Shown: positions 11,402-21,779 of the stretch, piece by piece
Numbering within the stretch: position 1 is the stretch's first letter
How the letters are laid out: each line of letters begins with the position of its first letter
DNA from: Octopus sinensis
Taxonomy: Eukaryota
DNA: 64,000 nucleotides
Assembly: GCF_006345805.1 (NCBI RefSeq)
Contig: NC_042997.1
Span: 100,130,001-100,194,000 of the forward strand
Direction of reading: 5' to 3'
Notes under the pieces: model-generated
The model's input: only the letters and a program-made list of their open reading frames with translations
What the model was told of the DNA's origin: nothing
Databases searched by the model: none
Translations under genes and position numbers: made by a program

Positions 11402-11618
11402 ATTTACATTTGATGTCCTCATCTTGTTTGCTGTTAACACAACGTTTTGGCTGATATACCCTCCGGCCTTCATCAGGTGTCTTGGGGAAATTTTGAACCT
11501 GGGTTCTCATTCCTAAGGTATTTTTTGATATTATTATTATTATTCAAGTCACTGCCTGGAAGTGAACTTGGAATCTTGGGGTTGGTAGCCCGCGCTCTTG
11601 ACCACTACGCCATATGCC
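11402..11618 (-). mobile_element. tRNA-headed SINE carrying a hammerhead motif in its 3' part
   Basis: Head GGCATA-TGGCGTAGTGG (A box)...GTTCACTTCC (decayed B box), (AAT)n linker, hammerhead, then an AATGTAAATAATGTA tail. Confidence 0.8.
11436..11481 (-). ncRNA. Minimal type I hammerhead motif with G12>A
   Basis: GACAC-CUGAUGA-A-GGCCG(GAGGGUAUAU)CAGCC-AAAAC-GUU/GUGUU; stem I GACAC:GUGUU. Confidence 0.65.
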
Positions 11619-11919
11619 TTTATGGTATTATATTTCAGTGTCATGATTAGCAAAAGCAAAACTGGTCGACAAACACAATACACTTCCACTTATAAAATAT
11701 ATTAAACTATGTAAAATGTGTGCATTTTCCTTCCTATATTTTATATATATATTTTTTGCATTACAACTCACCATGTGGAGATAATCGAAATTCTCCTCCT
11801 CCCTTTTCTTATTACTTATAAATATATATATTTTATAGTGGAACACACTTGTCCAAGGCACCACACAGTGAGATTTAACCTAGAACCATGTGGTTGGGAA
11901 GTAAGCCTCTTACCACACA

Positions 11920-12280
11920 GCACACTTCTTACAGCATTAAGAGTTTTTACCTCTTATCTCTTGCAATATAGGTGCTTCAGCATCCTCAGTCACAATTAGT
12001 GACAATTAAATTTTTCCTTTATAGTATTTTATTGCGCCTAGCTGTTTATATCAATTTTTAATATATGCATTAACATTTCACTAACTTTTTATGGCAAAAA
12101 TATATATGCTGACAGCTGGATTTAGTGTTTGAATATTCACTGCTGATGAGCCTATGACTAACAGGCAAAAATAGTCTAGTGATCCTAGAGAAGCTCATGG
12201 GATAATTATCTTCCCTGTTAGTGTGTATATATTGCACACTTCTTACAGAAATAATTCTTATTTCTTGCAATATAGGTGAC
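11920..12280 (+). mobile_element. Penelope pLTR-like or retrozyme-like unit with partial direct repeat
   Basis: GCACACTTCTTACAG...TCTTGCAATATAGGTG occurs at 11920-11974 and 12234-12278, enclosing a hammerhead motif. Confidence 0.5.
12138..12181 (+). ncRNA. Degenerate minimal hammerhead motif, second family
   Basis: CACUG-CUGAUGA-GCCU(AUGACUAAC)AGGC-AAAAA-UAGUC/UAGUG; two changes from a GAAAC-UAGUC consensus. Confidence 0.6.
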
Positions 12281-12400
12281 AATAAAATATACATCAAACA
12301 GACCCCAACGAAGCTGGTATTATAGCAGGACTTATATCATGTAGTTACATTGATAAAAAGAAAGAAAGAGTACAATGAAGTTGCTATGAGTAGTGGAAAA

Positions 12401-12433
12401 TCCAATGTTTCAAACAGTGTCCTTCTTCAGGAA
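12401..12433 (-). ncRNA. Degenerate minimal hammerhead motif, third family
   Basis: UUC-CUGAAGA-A-GGAC(ACU)GUUU-GAAAC-AUU/GGA. Confidence 0.45.
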
Positions 12434-13220
12434 AAAGTAAGAAGGAAAGAAATCCTCTAAGTTAATAAAAAAAAATTGCTGCAACTGATAAGGAACACAA
12501 GGCTATGTGAGCTTCATACATAAAAAAACGATGGGAGTAAGTGTAAGGAAGGAGTAATGGAATAAGGAGAAGCAGACAAAGTCAAAAGTGAGATGAAAGG
12601 GAAATGAAGAAAAGGTTTACTTAACAGATGTAGGAGTAGAAGGGAGAAACAATTCCCCTGTTTCTTTGAAATGTGGATCCATGGTGAGTGGTCCAGGTTT
12701 ATAATAGAGGACTTTTGCCCAAGGTGCTATTCAGTAGAACTGAACCCTAAACTTTATTTCTGGAAAAAGAACATAACTACACAGCCATGCCTATATATGA
12801 TAGGTTGATGCAGGCATGGCTGAATAGTTAGAATTGAAATTGCATGGTTTGGGATTTTGTGTCACAACACCATGGTATGTTTTACTGTAGCCCTGTACCA
12901 ACCAATGCTATCTAAGGGAATTTACTATACAAAAACTGCAGGAAACTGATTCTGTGTATACATGGATACTGATATATGTATGTATTTATGAGTGTGTCAT
13001 TTGTTTTCAATCTGCCATAAAAATATGTCTAGCAATGGGGAAATATTACCTTACTTGAAAACAGATGAGAGTTAGTGGTAGGAAAGGAAACCAGCAGTAG
13101 AAAATTTGTCTCAGTGAATTGTGGAAAAGGGTGGATAATAAAACAATGATGATGATGATGATGATATATATATATATATAATTATTATTTGAAGGAATAA
13201 AATCCAAACATATATATATA

Positions 13221-13516
13221 GAAGATGGAATAAACAGGCTTTAATTACAAATCATAACAATTGTTTCTGTGCAGTGGTAACAGCTGTTAGTTGCTGAGGT
13301 TTTCCATATCATACTATTATATAAATTATTTTATAAATAGTTATATAAATAAATATGATCCCACAGCAACTGTGTACTGGCACGTCATCAGGTGGGTTGC
13401 TTTGAAAGCCACTGCTGGATCATGTTCCATTTCTCATCTTATATGCCTTTGCATAGTTAGCATTCTCTCTTCACTGAGTTGCTTATAGATTCAAGGCAAC
13501 TCAAGTTATAAAAATA
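13221..13516 (-). repeat. Left arm of a ~295-bp inverted repeat pair
   Basis: Reverse complement aligns along its length with 14875-15161. Confidence 0.85.
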
Positions 13517-14280
13517 CTGAAAAAAATAATGCTAGTAAAAATATAAAATACAAATTACAAAACAAATAGACAAAAATTTCTGAATAGAAACAGAAATAAA
13601 AATCAAATGTGTAAATATAGATCAAAACTAACATTCTGTATTTTTATTCTATCATATGTTTCTTTTTTTTTTCTTCTTCTTAGACTAGAAGTATCCATTA
13701 CCTCTATTGTTTGTAACTGTTTTACTTCAAATGATCTAAAGTTATCACTTTGCCCCAGCAGGATATCCATTTGTCTGTCAATCCACTCTTAAAACTTAAT
13801 TTCAGTTATCCTGACACCCATCATAGTCTTTTAATAGTCATTAAGATTCTTATCATACATGAAGAGATTTAATCGCCTTTACCCATGTACACATACAGAT
13901 GTTTATTCACTCAGTGTATACATAGAAATACTTATGTTTGAATATACATACATACACATACACATTTTTATATCTGTACATATATAAATATACACACTGT
14001 CATTTTTATACATGTACTTCTACTATTAGCTGCCAAACTTATGAACATACCTACTTATGTACATATACACCATCTACTGGCAATTCTTGTTTTATATCTT
14101 TTGGTTAAATCAATGTTTTTACTCTCACACCTAATACTTTTATAAATTTTTGTTCCATACTAATGTGTACGTCTGTATCTAAACATAGCAGTAATGATAC
14201 CAAAAAACATAACAGCAATTTATAGCAAATAACATATTACTATCATTTCATGATCATCAGCACTTTCAAATTATTATAAA

Positions 14281-14510
14281 GCATCAACCGATCATGGCTG
14301 TTGCCAGCCTCCTCTGGCACCTGTGTCAGTGGAACGTAAAAAGCACCCACTACACTCACGGAGTGGTTGGCGTTAGGAAGGGCATCCAGCTGTAGAAACA
14401 CTGCCAGATCAGACTGGAGCCTGGTGCAGCCTCCTGGCTTCCCAGACCCCAGTTGAACCGTCCAATCCATGCTAGCATGGAAAACGGATGTTAAACGATG
14501 ATGATGATGA
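14281..14510 (+). mobile_element. Young RTE-type 3' tail
   Basis: CpG-retaining GAGTGGTTGGCGTTAGGAAGGGCATCCAGCTGTAGAAAC...CCATGCTAGCATGGAAAACGG...(GAT)n. Confidence 0.85.
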
Positions 14511-14874
14511 TTACATAAGACAGGTAAACAATAATACTAACTTATTGATAATAATCTTATGTTAAGTTTATTTTTGAGTCAACAGATTAAAATCACTTTG
14601 AACATTATATATTATTTCTAAGTTCAAGAAATGAACTTTTCAGTCTATGGGTGCACATGAGGATTATCTCTGAGAGATTCTTAATTATTTTATCCTTACA
14701 TAATATTATTTCAAGTGTTTCTTCCAGGCAGAGGTTACATACTTTACAGTGTGCATTTTGTAGTACTTACCAAGTGGTGCTGTAATTTGTTTTTCCTTCT
14801 TCAGGTCCCAAAATTTAAGAAAAAAACGACCTCAAAAGGAAAAAAATTTCCTAGTGACAGGAATGGTATAATGA

Positions 14875-15161
14875 TATTTTTATAACTTGTGTTGCCTTGA
14901 ATCTTCAACCTACTCAGTAACGAGAGAATGCTAACAATGCAAAGGCATATAAAAAAGATGAGAAACTGAACATGATCCAGCAGTACTTTCAAAGCAACCC
15001 ACCTGATGATGTGTTGGTACACTGCTGCTGCAGGATCATATTTATTTATGCAATTATTTATAAAATAATTTATATGATAGAAAACTCAGCAATGAACAGC
15101 TGTTACCACTGCGCAGAAACAATTGTTGTGTTTCATAATTAAAGCCTGTTTATTCCATCTT
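14875..15161 (+). repeat. Right arm of the inverted repeat pair
   Basis: Reverse complement of 13221-13516 with scattered substitutions. Confidence 0.85.
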
Positions 15162-15616
15162 ATTCTATAAATTTATATATAAATTCTATACACTAACAGT
15201 GTTCCTCATGTATAACCACTATGAAATAAGTACCTAAATACCAGGCAAAACTAGGGCCAATATAATCAACAAAATTCCTTCAAGATGTGATTCCAGCATG
15301 CTGCTTGCTCAATGCATGCAATTGTATTTAGCAGTGTACAAAATATGATTTTCAGTTAATTGCAATAACTATAATGAAAAGAAAAGTCATCAGCATTACG
15401 GAAAATTATTCAAAACAAGTAAAGGAGAACACTGAAATTTGAGCTGACCAAAAATTAATAGGAGAAGGAGGGAACCTGATCTTTGCTAGCTTTGTGACAA
15501 CCCTGGAATGTGTGTTAATCCTATTATATCTAAGCAAAGTACTAACAGCACACAGTGACTAAGATTTCAGTATGAGTAAAATATATAGACTTTTGATGTG
15601 GACGTAATCTCAGATA

Positions 15617-15850
15617 GTGAAAGCATATGGCCAAGTGGTTTTTCACCTGTCATCTTATGATAAATATTTCAATCCTGGAGCTATGAAGCATGTTGTGTTC
15701 TTCAGCAAAACACTTCATTTAATATTACTCCAGTTTACATAGCTGTAAATGAGTTCCAGTAATAGCTGGGAAGTTGACCCTGTGATGGGCTGGTGTCCTA
15801 TTCAGTGGAGAGAGTGTTGTAATTTCATTCACTTATATGTCATGGAAACA
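15617..15850 (+). mobile_element. Decayed tRNA-derived SINE
   Basis: TGGCCAAGTGG head, GTGTTCTTCAGCAAAACACTTCAT core, and GTGATGGGCTGGTGTCCTATTCAG (V-domain-like, recalled). Confidence 0.5.
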
Positions 15851-16485
15851 GGTTATTCACCATTTCTCAAGCTCACAACAGACCTAAGAGTAAGTGATAA
15901 TTCACTGATAAGACAATTTGAAATAACTGTTATTCACCTGCATGAAGAATATATAGCTAAGTGCAGGCTACCTAAAATATTACAGCATTGTATAGAAAGC
16001 CTTGTAGTTGTTGCAGTCTTTATTTCTCTGAGTTCAAACCCGGTCAACTTTACCTCTCATTTTTTCAGGTCAATAAAAAATATAGCAATATATAATGATG
16101 GATTAACAGAACTTTTTGAAGATCAAGATAAGATGTTTTTAGGTATCTGTTTTGGCTCTTTGCCATCTGATAGCAATGTCTGTGACAGCACTGATATCAA
16201 ATTGTCCTTTGAATATACATCAGTATAATGGAGAGGAGAGACTTGTATGTGTGGACAAATTGTCAGTCTTCCATGAAAAATCTTGCTATGGTCAGAGCAT
16301 ACATATTCAGGACATGCCGTTGACACTGACCAATGGAAGGCTTTTCCTATGTTCATTACTTACAGCTTCTCTTACAACAGAACGTAATGAAATTCTTTGA
16401 AGAACTACATTGCTAAGCAAAGGAGGCAAGTTTACTTTTATGGTTCACTAGAAAGATACTCAGCATTACTCAGAAAATACAGCAT

Positions 16486-16888
16486 TCATCATTATCATCA
16501 TCATTGTTTAACGTGTTTTCCATGCTGGCATAGGTTGGATAGTTCGACTGGGGTCTGGGAAGCCAGGAGGCTGCACCAGGCCCCAATCTGATCTGGCAGT
16601 GTTTCTACAGCTGGATGCCCTTCCTAACGCCAACCACTCCAAGAGTGTAGTGGGTGCTTTTTACGTGTCACTGGCACAGGGGCCAAAGGAGTTGGCACTG
16701 ACCATGATTGAATGGTGCTTTTTACGTGCCACTGGCACGGAAGCCAGTCAAAGCAGCACTGGCATCAGCCATGTTCAGATGGTGCTTTTTATGCGCTACC
16801 AGCACAGGGCTCACAACTACAATTTCCATTTGATTTGATATTGATGTACTTGACTCAATAGGTCTCCTCAAACACAGCATGTCACCCT
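16486..16888 (-). mobile_element. RTE 3' UTR with tandem units and (GAT)n tail
   Basis: Reverse complement of the common tail plus about 3 GTGCTTTTTACGTGCCACTGGCAC units. Confidence 0.85.
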
Positions 16889-16902
16889 ATGAATATACTA
16901 AC

Positions 16903-17358
16903 ACTAGCACTGCTGAGGGTAATATTCTCTGGGAATGCACAAAAGCTTTTTTTCACAGTTAATTATTTTGAATTATTATCTCATATCTGATTAGCCTGTT
17001 ATTACATAACATGTTTCATGATTTTAGTATACATACCTAATTAGTATTTCCTCCTAAAATCTATATACTCTGGGAATGTATTAAAGCCCTTTTCGGGGCT
17101 ACTTTATTTGAATTCTTACAATTGGGTAATTAATTTCATGTTATTACATAACTGACTTCACAATTTGGGTATTCATAACTTATTGGGAATTCCTAAAAAC
17201 AAGATCCTTTTTAAGACAGTTCAGTATTCTCAATAAATACACAAAAACCATTTTAAGGGCTACATACTTTGTATTGTTGTTACTGGATTAGCAAAACAAT
17301 TATGAGAAAGGAACCAAGGGATAAGCCTGTTCTCCTGGGAATTCCCAGGTATGCTAGT
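16903..17358. mobile_element. Unclassified element with ACTAGCA/TGCTAGT ends, subterminal palindrome and diverged internal tandem units
   Basis: Inverted 7-bp ends; perfect 16-bp palindrome CCTGGGAATTCCCAGG at 17334-17349 shortly before CTAG|T; recurrent CTCTGGGAATG and TGTTATTACATAAC motifs. Confidence 0.4.
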
Positions 17359-17384
17359 TACTATATATATATTTATATATACTC

Positions 17385-17660
17385 AGGCCGACCAAAACCT
17401 TGTGAGTGGATTTTCGTACTCGGAAATTGAAAGAAGACTGTCATATATATGTGTATGTGTGTCTTGTGTTTGTACCCCCACCATTGCTTGACAACTGATG
17501 TTGCTGTGTTTACATTCCTGTAACTTAGTGGTTTGGTAAAAGACACTGACAGAATGAGTACTAGGCTTACAAAGAATAAATCCTGTGATTGAATTCTTCG
17601 ACCAATGTCAGTGCTCCAGCATGGCAGCAGTCACATGACTGAAACAAGTAAAACAATAAA
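17385..17660 (+). mobile_element. 5'-truncated copy of the major CORE-like SINE
   Basis: Colinear with 61730-62045. Confidence 0.8.
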
Positions 17661-18594
17661 AATCTATGCCATTTTAATCCCAAGCAAGGCCAGGTATCTC
17701 TACTAGAATATGTTAAATACATATATAATGTATAGCAATAGGCAGTATATAAAAAATATATAGCTTAGTATATACATATAATTGTTGTAAAGTATCTATC
17801 ATTTAATATACATATACTAACATACAATACACAAATAAATATTGTTTTATATCAACAATGTTAACTTCTCAATGAATGGTCTCCTGTAATGCCCAACAGC
17901 TGAAGTGGTTGAAAAGCTGGCATTATATAGTTTTCACCATGTGGAAGAAATATTCAAACATTGCATTCTTGAAGTGGTCCCATAATTTCTGAATAACAAA
18001 AGTTATAGCATGGAAAGAGGATGCTAAACGATGATGATGATGATTGAAATTCAGTTCTTATTAACAAGAACTAATGAAATATGTTTATGTTCATGCTTGT
18101 GTAGGTATTTCGCCTTTTTTTCAGAACCCAAATCTATGTAAATGATGTATGTGCTTGTAGGTATAGAATATGCTTCAATACTTCTTAAAATCCCTATTAA
18201 TTGGGAGTGAAAACTTAAATGATTTCTTGATCCTGTATGGACATTGCTAAAAGATAATTGAGGAAATGATTTTAGGTCAAAGGATAGTTTATGGAACTAT
18301 CCTTTAGTTCATGGAATGTTATTCACCATTTCCATCTCTAATTAATTATCTGTCACACATTTTTCACTCTTACAAACTTACCTACCCACTCACTGGCCCT
18401 TTCTGTTCCTCTCTCCCATGTTCACCTTGTACCTTGAGGGTACACCCTCCCCATCACTCTCTCTCTCTCTCTTTCCAGCTGAGGAAGCCATGAATTAATC
18501 TCTTCAGTAAGGCACCTGTTCCTGTCCCTCTATCATATTTTCGCCTCCTTTAATACTTTACCCCACTTAGTCTTATCTTGCTAGCACTTGATGA

Positions 18595-18788
18595 CCTTAC
18601 TAGTGCTGGTACCATGAAAAAGCACCCAGTATGCTGTAATGAGGTCAGCATTAGGAAGAGCACTTAGCTGTAGAAATCATATCAAAGCAGACGTTGGAGC
18701 TTGGCATAATCCTTTGGCTTGTTGGTTCCTGTCAAACCCTCCAATCCATGCCAGCATGGAAACAGGACTGTTAAACAATGATGATGAC
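18595..18788 (+). mobile_element. RTE-type 3' tail fragment
   Basis: AAAAAGCACCCAG...CATTAGGAAGAGCAC...CCATGCCAGCATGGAAAC...GATGATGA. Confidence 0.7.
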
Positions 18789-18847
18789 AACTTATTGATC
18801 AGCAGTTAAATTTTCTCCAAAAATACTACAGAATGTGTACAGAAAAT

Positions 18848-19306
18848 TTAACCATTTAGCCATCAAATTATTTCATCAAAAGTAATGCTTATTTATTCCT
18901 ATTGTTTTGAATTAATCATGCATTATCTTATTATTTTGATATTTTGATGAGGTAATGGTTAATTTTTAGAATGATATTGTAGGGTTGATAAGGCGGCAAG
19001 CTGGCAAAAACGTTAGCACACTAGGCGAAATGTTTAGTGGCATTCGTCTGTGTTTATGTTCTGAGTTCAAATTCCGACGAGGTCGACTTTGCCTTTCATC
19101 CTTTCAGGGTCAATAAATTAAGTACCAGTTGCGTACTGAGGTTGATCTAATCGACTACCCCACCTCCCCCAAAATTTCGGGCCTTGTTCCTAGAGTAGAA
19201 AAGGATATTGTAGGGTTGGTAAGAGGAGCCAGATTTGGCCAGTTTGAGTATAAAACAAGTAGAATATTTTGGCCAGATGTGGCTGGTTTGAAAGCCAAAG
19301 GGTTAA
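18848..19306 (+). mobile_element. TTAA-flanked piggyBac-like MITE interrupted by a SINE
   Basis: TTAACCATTTAGC...GCCAAAGGGTTAA ends; body matches 20471 and 24846. Confidence 0.75.
18988..19203 (+). mobile_element. tRNA-derived SINE with Meta/Sauria-like core and a 15-bp TSD
   Basis: GAGTTCAAATTCC B box; GAGGTCGACTTTGCCTTTCATCCTTTCAGGGTCAATAAATTAAGTACCAG core; TSD GATATTGTAGGGTTG at 18973-18987 and 19204-19218. Confidence 0.85.
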
Positions 19307-19384
19307 AGAAAGAATTCAGCTCTTAGGGGAATCAGACAGTAGAGTTAGGAAACAATATCAAGTATTCAACAAATTATTGAATTT

Positions 19385-20367
19385 AACAGAATAAGAATAG
19401 CCTGGGCAAAGTTCAGGGAGCTCCTATCTCTGCTGGCAACGAAAGGTAGACTATATGATGCATGTGTGCAAACTACCATGCTACACAGCAGTGATACATG
19501 GGCCATGACTGCTGAAAACATGCATCGGCTTGAAAATGAAGCTAGTATGATCTGCTGGATGTGTAATGTTAGTGTGCATACACAGCAGAGTGTAAGTACC
19601 CTGAGAGAAAAGTCGGGCATAAGAAGTCTCAAATGTGGTGTGCAAGAGAGATGACTGCACTGGTATGGTCATGTGTTATGTATGGATGAGGAAGTGCCAC
19701 TCCCTAACTGTGGAAGAGGTAGACCCAGGAAGACATGGGATGAGGTGGTGAAGCATGACCTTCAAACACTGGGCCTCACAGAGGCAATGATGGGAAACCA
19801 AGACCTATGGAGATATGCTGTGATTGAGAAGACCCAGCAACTAAAGTGAGATCGCAGTCACACGTCTGGTCCAGTTAAGAGTACCCCTGATGCGCTGTGC
19901 GATATGATATGCTTGAGAAGACCTGTTCCAAGTCAAGTAAAACCAATATTGTAGCTGTGGCCAGTGCCTCCTGACTGACTCTTGTGCCGGTAGAACATAA
20001 AAAGCACTGTCTGAATGTGGCCAATGCCAGTACCCCAACTGGCTCTTGTGCCAGTGGCATGTAAAAAGCACCAACCGAACGTGGCCAATGCCAGTATCCT
20101 CTGACTGGCCCCAGTGCCGATAGCACATAAAAAGCACAATCTGAATGTGAGCAATGCCAAGCCTACCTAACTGGCTCCTGTGCCAGTGGCACATAAAAAG
20201 CACCCACTACATTCTTGGAGTGGTCGTCATTAGGAAGGGCATCAAGCTGTAGAAACATTGCCACATCAGGTTGGAGCCTAGTGCAGCCACTGGCTCTCCC
20301 AACCTGTCAAACCATCCAACCCATGCCAGCTTAGAAAACAGATGTTAAACGATGTTGATGATGATGA
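19385..20367 (+). mobile_element. 5'-truncated RTE LINE (RT C-terminus, tandem 3' UTR units, tail)
   Basis: ORF remnant TWAMTAENMHRLENEASMICWMCNVSV...IRSLKCGVQER, about 5 CCAATGCCAGT...GGCAC.TAAAAAGCAC units, (GAT)n. Confidence 0.9.
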
Positions 20368-20470
20368 ACACCACTATCATTTCACTAGCATACATAATTC
20401 ACACATATGAATTTTTAAAACTTATTAGAAATTCCTTGCCTTCTTAAAAAATGTTAAAGGCTGTCATATT

Positions 20471-20688
20471 TTAACCCTTTAGTGTTTAAACCGGCCATAT
20501 ATTCTATATGTTTTATATTCACACTGGCAATATCTAGCCTCTCACACCTAACCTACAATGCCATTCTAAAAATAAACAATTACATCATTGAAACCTCAAA
20601 GCTATGAGATAATGTTTGATTAATTCAAAACAATTTGAATAAAAAAAATATTACATTTAACAGAGTAATCTGAACACTAAAGGGTTAA
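20471..20688 (-). mobile_element. Complete TTAA-flanked piggyBac-like MITE
   Basis: TTAA-CCCTTTAGTGTT ... AACACTAAAGGG-TTAA: perfect 12-bp TIR plus TTAA on both sides. Confidence 0.85.
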
Positions 20689-21394
20689 ACACTAGCTGCA
20701 TATTGAATAAAAAATATTACTTTCAGACAGCAACAGGCTGTACTATCAGTCTATGAATACCAACAAGATCTTGAAAGATCATACAAATTTTAATTGGCCT
20801 GACTACAAACAAATTTTATGGTCAAATTATCTGCTTTGGTATTTCCTCATTTTATTGACCGATCATTTCTCTCTCTGACGCAGTATAAATTATAATTTTA
20901 ATGATTTTTTCCCCATGCTTATTTAATTTGATGGTCTGATTAATGAAAAAGAAATGAGTTAAAATATATATAACAAAATTTATTACATGTAACTACTTGG
21001 TACCTAAAATTATTCTTGGCAATTCGTGTTTAATATAAACCAATCTTACATCTGGAAGGAAGCAAAAGAAAAAAATTACTTGTTAATTAGCATACTTAAA
21101 CAAGTGATGAAATCAAAGCAGTAACTATGCACTGTTTCAATAACATTTTTCCAAAAGTTTTAATACTTTTGGCTTTACAGACTTGTTTATAATTCTGATG
21201 AACACACATACTCTATAAATGTAAACGATATATAAATTTTGACATGGTTTGTTATCTTCTGAAACAATGATAATAAATCAACGTAAATCATACATTGAAG
21301 ATAATGAAAGATAATAAATTTATCATAAATTCTCAATTACTTTGTATATCACTTATCTTGGAAGTGATATCCATCAAAAATATATATTGATCCA

Positions 21395-21770
21395 CAGGTG
21401 ATATGCTGTGCTTGAGAAGACCTGTTGAGTCAAGCACACTTGAGTGGCTCCCCGTGCTGGTGGCACGTAAAAAGCACTATTCAAACGTGGCCAATGCCAG
21501 TGCCCCCCACAACTGGTTCCTGTGCCGGTGGCACAAAAAAGGCACCATCTGGATGTGGTCAATGCCAATACTGCCTGACTGGCTCCTGTGCCAGTGGAAT
21601 GTAGAAAACACCCTCTACACTCAGAGTGGTTGGCATTAGGAAGGGCATCCAGCTGTATAAACCTTGCTAGATCAGATTGGAGCCTGGTGCAGCCTACTGG
21701 TTTGCCAGTCTTCAGTCAAACCATCCAACCCATGCCAGCATGAAAAACAGACGTTAAAATGATGATGATA
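21395..21770 (+). mobile_element. RTE 3' UTR and tail
   Basis: GATATGCTGTGCTTGAGAAGACCTGTTGAG..., tandem units, common tail, GATGATGAT. Confidence 0.85.
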
Positions 21771-21779
21771 GCAAAAACA

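Noticed and set aside
11540-11618. tRNA gene
   Set aside because: The B box and arms are decayed, there is no acceptor stem, and it continues into a repeated body; this is a SINE head.
14770-14865. Small exon-like segments on either strand (plus 14805-14865, minus 14850-14770)
   Set aside because: Splice-like words occur on both strands, but there are no partner exons or recognisable peptide.
15749-16400. 159-aa and 82-aa plus-strand ORFs as a gene
   Set aside because: The first half runs through SINE fragments, there is no recognisable domain, and there is no consistent exon chain.
17185-17346. Two NF-kB-like sites (GGGAATTCCT, GGGAATTCCC)
   Set aside because: Better explained as parts of the repeat units and terminal palindrome of the 16903-17358 element; there is no independent enhancer evidence.
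17940-17990. Minus-strand peptide KLWDHFKNAMFEYFFHM after an AG
   Set aside because: Weak donor, abuts a retroelement tail, and has no partner exons or family match I can name.
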